A DNA stretch of 64,000 nt from Epiperipatus broadwayi (Eukaryota > Animalia > Onychophora), in assembly GCA_028023455.1 (NCBI GenBank), contig JAQFVV010000009.1, positions 16,864,001 through 16,928,000 of the forward strand, given 5' to 3'. The position numbers and the translations under genes were made by a program. Positions within the stretch are counted from its first letter, which is position 1, and every line of letters starts with the position of its first letter. Below the pieces are notes generated by a model, which saw nothing but the letters and a program-made list of their open reading frames with translations, was not told the origin of the DNA and made no database searches. Below are positions 1 through 12,010 of the stretch, one piece after another.

Positions 1-1774
1 TTATGATCTTTTAATTTTAACATACCAATAAATTCTCAAAATTATTATAACACTTTTATGTTTACCTTTTGTGCAAAATCTATATGTCTGTTTCAATTAT
101 AAATGTATCGTGATTTCATGCATCCATGTGGAGAAATAACAACTCGGACACAAAAACTTTAGAACAAATTTAAAACAAAGTTTATTAATAACATAAATAA
201 ATTAACAATATTTTTACACTATATACATTGGATATCCCTTACTCTCATATCTCAACTTAGTTTATTAATTTATAAAATGAAATCAAAATATTATTTACTT
301 TTCCTAGTTAAATCTTATTTTTTAACACTTAAGAAAATACAGTATTATTACTTGATTTATTATTATGGTTAGCTTATTACAAAATGCATTTCTTATATGA
401 TTATCACAAACACTTTTCATCCCTAATATTATTAAAATTACATTTTTTACAAAATTTACATTCGTAATAAAATTCTACAAAATAACAAAATTTAGTTTCA
501 TATTGGTTGTATGGAATCTTACAAAGTCAAAACATTATTCTACATTCTGTATTAGTTTTTTATTGTTCATTATCCGATGTTTATTAATCCTAATATTCTC
601 ATTCAAGCCTTACTTCGGATGATATAATTATAACTATTAATATACCATGCACAAGTATATGTTTACTATACCTTATTGAACTATTTTCTCAATAAATATG
701 CAATACTTATTTTCTAAATATTATTTTAAAAAAAAATTCATTCAAATTTTATTATCACTTTTAAAATACTTGGTTTAGATTTCTTTTCAAAATCTTATAT
801 TCATTTCTGAATTAATTTTACAATGTATTATATGATTCTTTCTCTCTTTATGATATTTTGGACTTTCAATTTTAAAGTTACACAATTCTATACATTCCAG
901 CAAATAAACTATTCTTACATAAACGATAACATATCTTCAGTTCTATTTTATTCATTATTTCTTTGAAAATATCTTTCTGACCGATGCAGATTCATGAAAT
1001 AAGGATAGCGAAGATAGATGCATAGGATCAAAATACAACTAGAATATTACTCGTCATATACCTTGACAATCATGGCACAGTGAATTAAAAGACACTATAG
1101 AGGAGTGACCTTTACCTGTCTACCAACCTCTATTATAGGAACGATGTTAAAGCTATTTCTTCAGCTTTATTCTTACATCAAAAGTTTAAAGATATGCAAA
1201 AACACTGTCCAAACTATATGTGTTCAGTCATAGGGCTTAGTTAACTATACTGAAATCACACAAAACTAAATATGATCCAAATCCTTTATTTTTCCTATTT
1301 CTTAAAAAAAAAAACAAAAAAAAAAAACATCATCTTGGTTTCCTCTCCACTAGTACTTCCAAGTCACTATCCGATCTTATTTCTCAAGATTTTTTTTATA
1401 CTGTACATCGACAAATACATATCTGCATTACTAACAATAATAAAATTCATTTATTTTAAAACTATTCCACTATTCTATAAGACAGCTTGCTTACTACTTT
1501 ACTCCATATATTTAATCATATACAAACTATTTAAATATCTGAATACTTTATCACATGAAAGTTCAAAAGAATCACACAATTGTTCTGTTAAATTATATTA
1601 TTAATATACTTTAATGTAAATTATTGCATGCATATTCCGAATTACTCCTATCTCATTATATGTTAAAAATGTTGTATAAAATGTGTACATATAATTTAAA
1701 CTTTCACACTTCATTCTTAGGTCAATAGATGATCTAAAAAAATACATTATGCATTATAAATAACTATTAAAATT

Positions 1775-1860
1775 ACCAAACGACCTTTATCTCCTCGATC
1801 GCATTCCGTAGGCTTCACCATCCATTTGATCCTTGTAGATATAAGATTCACATCCATACA
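1775..1860 (-). mobile_element. RTE-clade LINE remnant (post-RT region)
   Basis: Minus strand translates YGCESYIYKDQMDGEAYGMRSRR*, resembling the RTE motif YGCESW...EAFEMWCWRR. Confidence 0.45.
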
Positions 1861-3049
1861 CTTTATTTTAAACACTATTTCTATAATTTTATCAAGCTAT
1901 TATATTTAATTTTTAATATTACTAAATTTATGTTTATATGTTTTCCCTAATCTCACATAACATTTTATATTCTAAAATAAATTAGTAAAAATATTTAAAC
2001 TATATTTACTGTACTTCTTTATCAAACTTTCTTGAAAACCGTTCATATTAAAGCTAAAAAAAATGTTTATTATTTCTTCTTCAGTCACTTAATGTTCTTC
2101 TCCCTGCTTGTTCAAATTTAAGGTAAAACAAATATTGCTCTGTTTAATAAATATTCATAGATGACAATCCTTGATTTTTTATAATATTTAATACAATTAT
2201 TAATTATGATATTAGTTAATCCTGTAAAGAAAATGTCTACATATTCTCTTCTAATATTTTCTGCTAATATTTTCCCCCGCGCGACTTTTACGATGCATCT
2301 TCTCAGTACTTTGATTTAAATATTCAACAAAACTTTTCTGTTTCCATGGATCCATTTTATTAAGTATATTAGATTTATATTTTCCAAATCAAGCACTCCT
2401 CCAATGACCATTTTATAATATTTTCCAATTCCTCTTAGAGAAAGTTTTATCTGTTCTTTTTTCATAAAACACAATAGCTCTTTCATATCATTATTCGGTA
2501 ATTTTTCCTTTCTTTTAAAGTTCTGGTAACTATATACTTTGTAATGTTTCCTTTAAAAAGGACAAACATTCTTTCTCTGTTATAACTTTTACATAATTTT
2601 TTCTTTATGATATATGTATCTTAATTTTTCCATAGAGAAGAATAAATAACTTCAGAGTAGCCTTATAAATTTGTGCGTCATAACTTTTCCTGACGGCAAA
2701 TAACTTCTCTTTTAAGTTTTCAGTATAGCGTCCAAATTATATTCCTCTGAGTTACAATTATAAGTTTCTGGTTGAGTGTAAATACAGCTGTATCAAGGCA
2801 CTTTACAAATATTTTTCCTTTCTCATAACTTCTATATACTGTTTTCTGTAGTATTTCCATTTTTACTGTAAGGTTTTGGCTAAACTTGGAATAAAATATC
2901 CTGGTAAGAAAACTTTTAAAATTAGCCCTCCATATAAAGGCAGTCAAAATATTATATTTAAAAAACTTTTAAAACAAATATAAAATTTTAAAATTATATT
3001 ACTTTTCTAGCTTACGATCTTATACAGCTAAAAAATATGTTACTCCCTC

Positions 3050-3215
3050 CTTCACTTACACATTACTTTCTCCCGCTCCGTCTAATTCTTATATTTTGTC
3101 TGCTAAAATACCTCCGTTGATTGGTTAATGACTTTTTTAGCACGAACAAATTTACACATTTTAGTTTTATAATAGATTAAACCTTTTTAAAATAAAGAAT
3201 TTATGACGTCATGTC
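3050..3215. promoter_or_regulatory. Possible promoter-like patch (CCAAT box and CRE palindrome)
   Basis: ATTGG at 3120-3124 and a perfect TGACGTCA at 3204-3211, in a locally CpG-retaining stretch. No linked gene identified. Confidence 0.2.
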
Positions 3216-4145
3216 TTAAATATTATTTAGAATAGTATTTTTTAACTCAATTATAATTTTATCAAAATCATTTAAACTTTAAAACAATTATTAAAATAAC
3301 ATTTAATATTTCAACTTTTACTTTAACGATCGATAGCAATTATATTTAGCTTTATAATTCACAAACTTTATTATTATATTCTAACAAGCATGTGTGTGAA
3401 GGTATATAATATACAGTCACATGATTACTAACTTTATCAGATGATTTTTTTAATTTACGTCTCGGTCTAAATTACCAAAACTGATATATTTTATAAAATT
3501 TTGAACAATAATTTAAAATGTAGAACTAAATATAATTCTCACCATCCTAAAGTTTATCTTAAAATATATTAGATTAAATTTGAATATTAATTATAATTAT
3601 AATATTACATATAGCGTTTATTTAATTTATTAGTTTTAAAACATTACAATTGGATTGTTAATATACTTTTAACTATTTATAGCTGTATTATTTTATATGG
3701 CCAGCTTTTACAACCATAAGCAAGGATATAATTAAGCTTTATTTAACTGTTTTCTTTTAAAATAATCCATTACACTTTTATATACCAGGTATTTTTCAGC
3801 CTTAAATTGTACTATAAGATCTAATCGATCATACAATTATCAATATATTACACAAACGTATTTTAAAATTTAAAATTTTTTAGCAATTGACCATTTTACC
3901 TTATTATGACCTATAGATAAGGGCACAATATATATACATAAACATTAAAATCCTAAAGCTAAACTAGTCAATAAAATAATCAACCATTGGTTGTGTTTTA
4001 GAGTTGTTTTTTTAAATACATGTATATTGTCTATACTAAACTTAATATAATTAGAAAGGACTTGAACTCAGACTTTCAAGCTCCTACAACTATCCAACTT
4101 CATTTTAGACACACATGACAACATACATGTGAAAAAAATAAATCT

Positions 4146-4187
4146 CCAATATATGTATTTCATGCTAAATTAGCACTCATCAGTTGG
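4146..4187 (-). ncRNA. Type I hammerhead ribozyme motif, family A, intact core
   Basis: Minus strand CCAA-CTGATGA-G-TGCT-AATTT-AGCA-T-GAAA-TACATAT-A-TTGG. All core nucleotides present; stems I, II and III can form. Confidence 0.7.
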
Positions 4188-4807
4188 TTCAAACCATCAA
4201 CTCCCACACATATGTACAATAAGTGCTCAGTTTATATTATGATCGGAAATCTTCAAACTTTAATGAACAAGCTTCATTCTTCTCCACCCTCCAACTCTTC
4301 AGCCATCCATATCATTGAAAATCTGAGAATGGAACACTCAAAACCCTTGTTGACACCAATATTATTGTCATATCATGGTGACATTAAGTCATTCTGACCC
4401 ATCACATACCAGACCTTAATATATACATTTAAATATATAGCAGAGGGATGGGAAGAATACAGGCTGAAAATGTAATATTTAGCATGTATATTATCTGTAC
4501 TAAACTTAATGTAATTAGAAATGACTTGAACTAGGACTTTCAAGTTTCCTACAACTATCCACTCCATCTTATTCAACCAATGCACATGATCACATACATG
4601 TGAAAAAGATAAATGATCTCCTATATATGTATTTGTGAGTATGACAATAATATTGGCATCAACAAAGGATTTGGGTGTTTCATTTTCAGATTTTTAATGA
4701 TATAGATGGCTGAAGAATTGGGGAGTGGTTAGAAGATTGAAGCTTGTCCATTAATTTTTGAAGATTTGATATCCTAATATAAACTGAGCTCTGATTGTGT
4801 GTGTACA

Positions 4808-4808
<1 letters not shown>

Positions 4809-4867
<59 letters not shown>
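4809..4867. repeat. (TA)n(TG)n microsatellite
   Basis: Direct reading. Confidence 0.95.
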
Positions 4868-4868
<1 letters not shown>

Positions 4869-4882
4869 AGATGATATCTGGA

Positions 4883-4923
4883 TCAACTGATGGGTGCTGG
4901 TTTAACACAAAATACTATATTGG
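4883..4923 (+). ncRNA. Degenerate hammerhead motif, family A
   Basis: TCAA-CTGATGG-G-TGCTGGTTTAACA-C-AAAA-TACTAT-ATTGG. Core A9 and G12 are mutated relative to the other family A copies. Confidence 0.5.
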
Positions 4924-5045
4924 AGATCTTTTTTTTTTCACATGTATGAGGTCATGTGTGTCAGTTGTATAAAATGGAGTGGATAGATGTAGGAAACCAA
5001 AAGTCTGAGTTCTATGTTCTTTCTAATATATATATATATATATAT

Positions 5046-5066
5046 ATCCCATGTATAGACTATTTT

Positions 5067-5104
<38 letters not shown>

Positions 5105-5125
5105 AAAATAGTCTATACATGGGAT
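5046..5125. repeat. Perfect 80-bp palindrome centred on (AT)15
   Basis: ATCCCATGTATAGACTATTTTCTTT + (AT)15 + AAAGAAAATAGTCTATACATGGGAT. Confidence 0.9.
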
Positions 5126-6180
5126 TGATCAATGTTTATATAATAAAGAAGTATGCATACATTTATTGATCAATATTTGATTGCCACATTTGAAAATCAT
5201 TTATAAATTTATCTCTTATTACATGCATATAATCGCGTAACTTCTATTCTTTATCAAACTAAAAATTCATGATATATATAAAGATTCTATAGGTGTGTTT
5301 GATTAATGTTTCTATAATAAAGGAGTATACAAATTTAAACATTTGATTGTTAAATATTTATTAACATTTATTGACCAAAATTTGATTGATACATTTGAAA
5401 ATCAATTGTATAAAATGAATAAAGGTTGGACCCATAGTGTTTCTGGTTTTAATTGTTGTATGAAGTTATTTATTGTCATATTATGGAAAGATTATCTTAT
5501 AAAAGTTTTTTTCCATTAGATATTAAAGGTTATTTTAGATATGTTGATGATGCTAATTGCTAGATCGTCTGTTATAGTACATCTTTTTAATTAATTAAAT
5601 AATATCAATGGCTTGAAATAGATTGTGACTTCTGATGACAGTGTACATAAAATAAAATATCTTAATTTAATTTTATGGAGAGAGTAAAATATAATCAATT
5701 ATAAAATGTTAATAAATCTTTGTCAATTAGCAGCCTTGTAAATACCAAGTTAAATGTTCCTCTTATGCATAAATTGGTTGGATTTAAAACATTTTTGTTT
5801 AGAAATATTTTGTGTAAATTTCAAAGTGATAAATTATTCAATACTGAAATATATATTTAGGATATAATATGAAAGATATTTTATTTACATTATATAAATT
5901 TACACATAAAACAAGAAAGAAAAATATTGTCTAACAAACATTACCATATATAAATCATAGAGTGTGTAGTATGATTGCATCATTGGTTAATTCTCATTTT
6001 AATGTTGGACCAAATACTGATGAATTAATTATTAATGAAAAGAATATTCTTGATAAAATCAACAAAGGTAGGATTATTTATAAAGTGGTGTGTCAGTGCA
6101 GGTCCAGTTACATTAGTGAATCAAAATTTGCATTGAAAAAGAGAATGAATAAACATGAACTTTTGTATAATAAATTGTGA
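5101..6180 (+). pseudogene. Penelope-like element RT plus GIY-YIG endonuclease remnant
   Basis: FENQLYKMNKG (~5395), YFRYVDD (~5530) and GRIIYKVVCQCRSSYISESKFALKKRMNKH (ORF 5962-6180) match PLE RT and GIY-YIG motifs. Frameshifts and stops present. Confidence 0.75.
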
Positions 6181-6559
6181 TATTCTATGAACAGATTTAA
6201 ATCTGTATTTGCTTAACATTTAATTATTTATAATGGAAGTTTTTGCTTTGATAGTGTTTTTATTTTACATGTGAAAATTATTTGAAAAAAAAGAAATAAA
6301 AAAAGTCATATTTTATAAATATGGCAGACAACTTATTAAATAAACCATATAATTGTGTTAATATACATAAATTGCAGAAAGTTGGCATTCTTGGGGAAAT
6401 GTTAATGTTGAGTCATTTTAATGAGATTTGATTTTAAAGTTTAATTGTTAAATAATACCCAGGATGGTTTATATGCCATAAGCCTAACTATAGCTATTAT
6501 TTATTTATTTTTTTATATTGGTATATTAAATATTGTAGAATTTATTCTACTATATATAT

Positions 6560-6579
6560 ATTTGGAATTTACTATCTCC

Positions 6580-6623
<44 letters not shown>

Positions 6624-6643
6624 GGGAGAAGTAAATTCCAAAT
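6560..6643. repeat. Near-perfect palindrome centred on (TA)n
   Basis: ATTTGGAATTTACTATCTCCCTAA...(TA)n...TTAGGGAGAAGTAAATTCCAAAT, with a single 1-nt indel between arms. Confidence 0.85.
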
Positions 6644-6669
6644 GCACATAAAATAATAATAATTCCCAC

Positions 6670-7390
6670 ATCAAACTTGCTAGAATGCCCTCTCACTTTT
6701 GAAATGCTAATTTACCAATCAGACAAAAAATAGACTACTTTTATGTAACTTCTATATAAATAAAAAATTGTCCATTGATACTCAAATGGGTGAAATTTAT
6801 ATTAGCAGCAATCCTTCTAAAGTCTAAATCAAATCGATTCACAATTTCAAAAATAATTAAGTTGTAATTAATAATTTGTTAAGCACATACTCATTACCTA
6901 AGTAATATATATTAAGGCTATAACCTTAAGACTATGTGCCTATATGCAATAGTAAGGACCTCTACAAATCTTAATATAAGATTAAGGACTTTAAAAGACA
7001 AGAGGTGATAATTTTAATAACTTGATAAATAAACAATGATTATTAAATATATGATATTGAGAATATATAGTATTGATAGATAAAAAAACTTTACATGCAT
7101 ATACTATAATAATTTACAAGAAGATTTTACAGACTTTTTTAACAAACTTAATTTTAACATATTTAATAGCTATTAATTATTTACAGGATTTCGTCTTAAG
7201 AATCATTTGAAATTGTGAACTGGTTTGATTAAAAATATATGGAGATTGCCGCTAATACAAAATTTCATCTGAATATTAACATAGATTTGTTATTCATACA
7301 ATAGCATAGAATTTTGATAAAGGTGATCTACTTTTTGTCTGACTGATAAATTAACATTTGACAATGAATGAGGATATTTTTTGCAAATTT
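6670..7390. repeat. Old diverged inverted repeat pair (6670-6860 vs 7195-7390)
   Basis: AATTTACCAATCAGACAAAAAATAGA...TTCACAATTTCAAA matches the reverse complement of TTTGAAATTGTGAA...TACTTTTTGTCTGACTGATAAATT with many mismatches. Confidence 0.5.
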
Positions 7391-7418
7391 ATTAAAATAA
7401 TTAGTAAATCTGATTTGT

Positions 7419-7748
7419 ATTTCTTATAATACTTCATTCATATACACCCTAATGCAACTAATTTTCTTAAAACTTCTTTATTTTCTTACAGTTTCGACTG
7501 TCCAGCAGTCTTCATCAGAGCTCTTCCTCTCAGTTTTATTGCTTTAATTTTTTAATTAAAGCAGTAAAGCTGAGAGGAATAGCTCTGATAAAGACTGCTG
7601 GACAGTTGAAACTGTAAGAAAATAAAGAAGTTTTAAGAAAATTAGTTGCATTAGGGTGTATATGAATGAAGTATTATAAGAAATATATATGATTATATGA
7701 AGATATGCAAAGAAAGTGAAGGAGAGAAATAAGAGAGTATACTTCTGA
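7419..7748 (-). mobile_element. HHR family B fold-back insertion with 14-bp TSD
   Basis: Arms 7418-7549 and 7554-7685 (132 bp, 5 mismatches), right arm extended 63 nt. TAAATCTGATTTGT duplicated at 7405-7418 and 7749-7762. Confidence 0.8.
7485..7520 (-). ncRNA. Hammerhead-like motif, family B
   Basis: Minus strand CT-CTGATGA-A-GACTG-CTGGA-CAGTC-GAAA-CT-GTA-AG. Core and 5-bp stem II are intact, but stems I and III are very short. The + arm copy (~7583-7618) has CTGATAA. Confidence 0.55.
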
Positions 7749-7878
7749 TAAATCTGATTTGTTAATTATTATTACTTTTCTGTAAATATAATATATTTTC
7801 AACACTAAATATTTAACAGATGTTACTTACTTATAGAGTTATAAAATTATACACAGATTCTTGAGTATTGATTTTTAA

Positions 7879-7910
7879 GGTAATGCTCTAATCAACTGAG
7901 CCATCCTGCC
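7879..7910 (-). other. tRNA-like 5' half (possible SINE head remnant)
   Basis: GGCAGGATGGCTCAGTTGATTAGAGCATTACC: A-box-like sequence with a GCTC/GAGC D-stem. No T-arm or B-box follows. Confidence 0.35.
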
Positions 7911-7989
7911 AAAGGTAACAGTCTGTTGAAATTTCGTATACTTATCAATGAGGTTCCTCCTGATTTCTCCACTTTTTCCTTAAAGAGCA

Positions 7990-8290
7990 AAATTTATTAC
8001 TGGTTTCCATACATTATGTATAGTCACAGTATGTTGACTTATGGGATTGTATGCCATTGTCATGTGAACAGCTTTCTTTAAATTTTCTTCTTTGTAGAGG
8101 TTTTATAAATTATTAGAATCCAGTTTATTTTATTCCAGTTCCTTTTATGCTTTGAATTCTTCTCAGATTGTAACTTCCAACATACAACTCTCCATACTTC
8201 AAGTGATATGAAGTTTCTATATTACTGTTCTGTTAGTATCTAAAGCTAAGATCCATAAATAAAATTGGTAAACCACATTTATTTAAAATG
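7990..8290 (-). mobile_element. Possible LTR-retrotransposon integrase remnant
   Basis: Minus strand ...LYKEENLKKAVHMTMAYNP... resembles the rve motif xxxGIKHxxTxAYxP. Heavily decayed. Confidence 0.35.
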
Positions 8291-8517
8291 TGTCTTTTTA
8301 AAAATATGGATATATTTTCGTTTAATAGAAGTTATTTTGACCCAAAGCATTTCTGTCTATTATTTGACTGAAGGTTTGTGATGATGGTATTTTATATGTT
8401 ATAATATGTTGGATTATCTCCATCATTCATCATTAAATATTGAATGTCCAGAAAATTTCAAACCCTATCTAAATCCTGCCAAATACAAGCAGCTGATAGC
8501 AATAATACACAAATAGA

Positions 8518-8638
8518 CATACTAACCTGTTTCTATGATATTACTAACAGTTAGTGCATATACTAACTTGTTTGCTGTGATATTACTAACAGTTTGGTGC
8601 ATATACTAAACTATTTGCTGTGATATTACTAACAGTTG
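8518..8638. repeat. Three-copy ~40-bp tandem repeat
   Basis: Unit approximately CATATACTAACTTGTTTGCTGTGATATTACTAACAGTT(T/A)GTG, with no unique spacers. Confidence 0.85.
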
Positions 8639-10129
8639 AAGGTATTTGGAATATTTAACTAAAATTAAATTGTTCTAAAGACATTCAACACACGTATTAG
8701 ATGATGGAAAATACAACACAGTTAATTAACGTTTGGAATATAAAAAAATGAGGATGATTTCTATTATTAAAGACAATACTTCATTTAAAAAACTTTTATA
8801 TACAGCCATTACATATTTTAACGCTATTAAATCAATATGATTGCCTAAATAATAATGTGAATAAACAACGTGCAGATTTAAAAAAAAAAATTATAAAAAT
8901 ACTTTAAAATAATTGGTAAATTCAAAATAAAAAAGTTACTATCAATTTGCAAAAAAAAAAAGAGTAAATTTTGGTTTAAATTTATTGGAAATAATAACTT
9001 GAATGGTCTATCGTTTTCCAATATTTGCACAAAATATGATCTAGTTATAGTAAATACTATTTTTAAACAAAAAATTTCTATAAAAAATATGGATGTACCC
9101 ACATTCAAAACAAGGGTTCTTACATATTATTTTACATTTAGAAGTCAAAATTTAAAAGAGATCAACATTTTATAGCAATTAATTCAAAATTAGTATATTA
9201 TAAGGTTAAAATTTAAAATAAGTTCCATATTAAATATATTAGTAGAAAAGTGAGTATTTGTTTTTTTATAAGTAATTGCCACTCATATTAAGTTTGGCAT
9301 CTGTCAAACTCTAAAATTGGCTAATTGTAGATTTTCAAGTAGATCAAGTTATTGATTCATGAAACTGTTGACAAAACTGATGTGGATGAAAGAAGATTTG
9401 TTACTGAGTTGACGGTTTCTGATAATAGTTATTTTATTAGTGACTTGATTAAAAAGAAATATTCTTATATAAATAATAAAATGAAAAGTGAAGCTACATA
9501 ACCATTATAGAGATTGAAAAAAAATAATGAAATGATTCAAAATACAAAAAAAATAGTTAATTGTTGATCATAATAAAATCAAATCTTTTTAAACAGCATT
9601 TGATTAATATATAGATCTGAAAAACGTTGTGATACTTTATTTATACGATTATGATGATATTCTAAATAGAAAAATAGAATAATTTTATTGTCATTTTAAA
9701 AAGGAGAAAAAAATTTAGATTATTGCATTTTAATGATATATTTATCTTATCAACTTATTCAAAATCATTGCTTTTCAGTTATTATCAATCCACTGCAAAA
9801 TGTAGATCTTTCCAAGTTTACTCCAATTTCTCTGAATCATAGCCTCTTTTCTCCCATCATAACAATATTTTTTTTTATTTGTTCCATTCATCTCACATGA
9901 GGTATCTTTCAAGATCTTTTAAAATCTCTCATAATCCATTTTAAAACTTCATTTATCTAATAAGTTATTATATTTCCTAGCAACATATTCAATCCAACTA
10001 AATTGTCTCAATTCTTTCACTGCTATCAATATCTGTACACTTATATAGTTCACTTTCAATTTCTTCTTGTTATTTCCAACATATATATTTTAAATTGCAA
10101 AGCATAGTGTATGAAAAAAAATTCACAAA

Positions 10130-11280
10130 ATGGTAGAATTATTATTGAAAACTTTAAAGAAATAGGTGAAGAAATAGAAAAGTTGTTGGAAAAATTATAT
10201 TCTAAATGTCTAAATGATATGAAACATGCAATAGTGGTATTGATATTGATATTTTAGAAAATGATAAAAAATATTAAAAATTTTACACTTGATTATCAGT
10301 CTGCTATCATTTCTGTATATACAAGAGATTTAGCAAAATAATTACAATAACAGTATTACAGAAAACTTTGTATTCAAAACAACCAAAATAAAAAGGTTGT
10401 ATTTAAAAGTTTTTGGAACAAAGGATCATATCCAAATATTAAGAAAAATTATTGGCAAGACCAATGAATATGAGATGCAATTATGTTGGTTTGCAGATTA
10501 TGAAAAGGCATTTGACTGTATAAATATTTTCACAGTAATTGAAACTTTGAACCATTAAGATATAGATCCAGGTCATTGTCATCTAAAGAATATTTACAAG
10601 AATAGAACAGTCATGAGGTTATAAGTTTATGCAAAAAACATTGATATATAATTATACTACAAAATAATTCCATAACCCCAAAACTTTTTACAACAGTTTT
10701 ATACAAAGTATTTTATGGTTTAAACTGCAAAGTTAAAGAAATGAAAATAAATTCAGATTATTTAAGTTACCTAGATTATGTATTTAATATGGTTGTTTTT
10801 TTGCAAATAATGTTTTATAACTTCAACAAATATTGCAAGAATTATCAGAAAAAAATATGAAAATAGGACTAAAAACAAAAGCTAAAAAGATTAGTAGTGT
10901 TTAATGGATTTTCTTAGAAATTAAGTTATATTCATGAGTTTAAAACAGCTAACAAACATAAAATTAATTGGAATAGTGTTTTTACTAAAAATAACAATAG
11001 TAAAATGAACTATGTCTGTGTTTGAAAAAAAAGTTTTTTAACACATGTTTGTCAGTTCTTATATATGGATTTGCAATGTAGACACTTAGCTGAATAGCAA
11101 TTCAGAAACTCTGAACAACTCAATGAAATATATAGAGAGATATGTTAAAACTAACAAGAAAAGATTCACTCATTATGCATCATAATAATGGGAGTTTCAT
11201 TAAAGTCATTAAAATAAATTATGTTTCAAAAGTGGAAAAAATTAATGATGTCAAATGATCGAATTGCCTAGTTTCTCAAC
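10130..11280 (+). mobile_element. RTE-clade LINE RT remnant
   Basis: FADYEKAFDCI (~10490) and PKLFTTVLYKVFYGLNCKVKEMKINSDYLSYL (~10678), matching RTE RT FxDYEKAFD and SPKLF...GININGEYLNHLRFADD. Confidence 0.75.
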
Positions 11281-11339
11281 CAAACATAAGATACATACTA
11301 CTGTGTGATCAATTTAGATTTATATATATATATATATAT

Positions 11340-12010
11340 ATAAATTAGTAATCAATGTCTGTATTCCAATTATAAATAAATATATATATAATTCTTCGAA
11401 AAAAACAATACAATAATTAATACAGTAAATAATATTTTAAAACAAATATCTACTATAATTTAATAGAAGTACTTTCGACTATCTAAGTAGTCATTATCAA
11501 CTATATTCAAATTCAGTTACAAAAAAACATTATAAATGTCTACAAAAACAATTATGTCATACATCAATTTTCCCACAATTCATTAATTGTTATATTAGCA
11601 GCTTGTTTATTTATCAAATGCTGCTTTCCATTTCTTATTAACATAGCTTCTTTAATTTTATATTCATTATTATTTCTTCCAATACATAAAATCTTAACTT
11701 TATTAAAATCAAAATCAAAACCATATATACATGTAACATTATGTTCAAAGAATACTGAAGGTGATATGTCATCATTTCTAACACTCTCTTGTCTTGATTT
11801 TTGCACTTGTTTATAGAGCTATAAATGCTCCTTTGACCTTTTCTCCAATGTTCACCGAGATTCATCTATATATGCTTTTTCACAAACACACCACCATTTA
11901 TATATTGCACAACTTTGATTCAAAATACTACATCTATTTTTTGAATTATTTATCAATCTATGTAAATTAGGAGTAGTATAAAATGCAACTCTACATATAT
12001 TTTTATATAT
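11340..12010 (-). mobile_element. Penelope-like element 3' part (GIY-YIG endonuclease plus 3' region with HHR)
   Basis: CAIYKWWCVCEKAYIDESR*TLEKRSKEH and FDFNKVKILCIGRNNNEYKIKEAMLI are GIY-YIG motifs. Stop at 11564, then an HHR-like motif and (TA)n. Confidence 0.75.
11463..11504 (-). ncRNA. Degenerate hammerhead motif, family D
   Basis: ATAG-TTGATAA-T-GACTA-CTTAGA-TAGTC-GAAA-GTAC-T-T-CTAT. Stems intact and stem III palindromic (AGTACT), but core C3 and G8 are mutated. Confidence 0.55.

Larger units (their letters stand above)
4015..5025. mobile_element. HHR family A repeat cluster (PLE pseudo-LTR-like): direct repeat plus inverted copy
   Basis: 4018-4370 is repeated directly (partially) at 4483-4632 and inverted at 4633-5025. 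Homologous to 33831-34313. Confidence 0.75.

Noticed and set aside
1272-1604. 110-aa ORF
   Set aside because: Low-complexity I/L/F/Y/K product of AT-rich DNA spanning poly-A runs, with no motif.
6455-6495. CCCAGGATGG...CCATAAG as an HHR downstream of the 5-6 kb PLE
   Set aside because: Too degenerate: neither half of the core nor stem I or III can be recovered.
8518-8638. CRISPR-like repeat
   Set aside because: Units are contiguous with no unique spacers, no cas genes, and the context is eukaryotic.
9300-9520. hAT-like transposase fragment (HETVDKTDV...)
   Set aside because: Resemblance to the DESTD motif is too weak, and no TIRs were seen.
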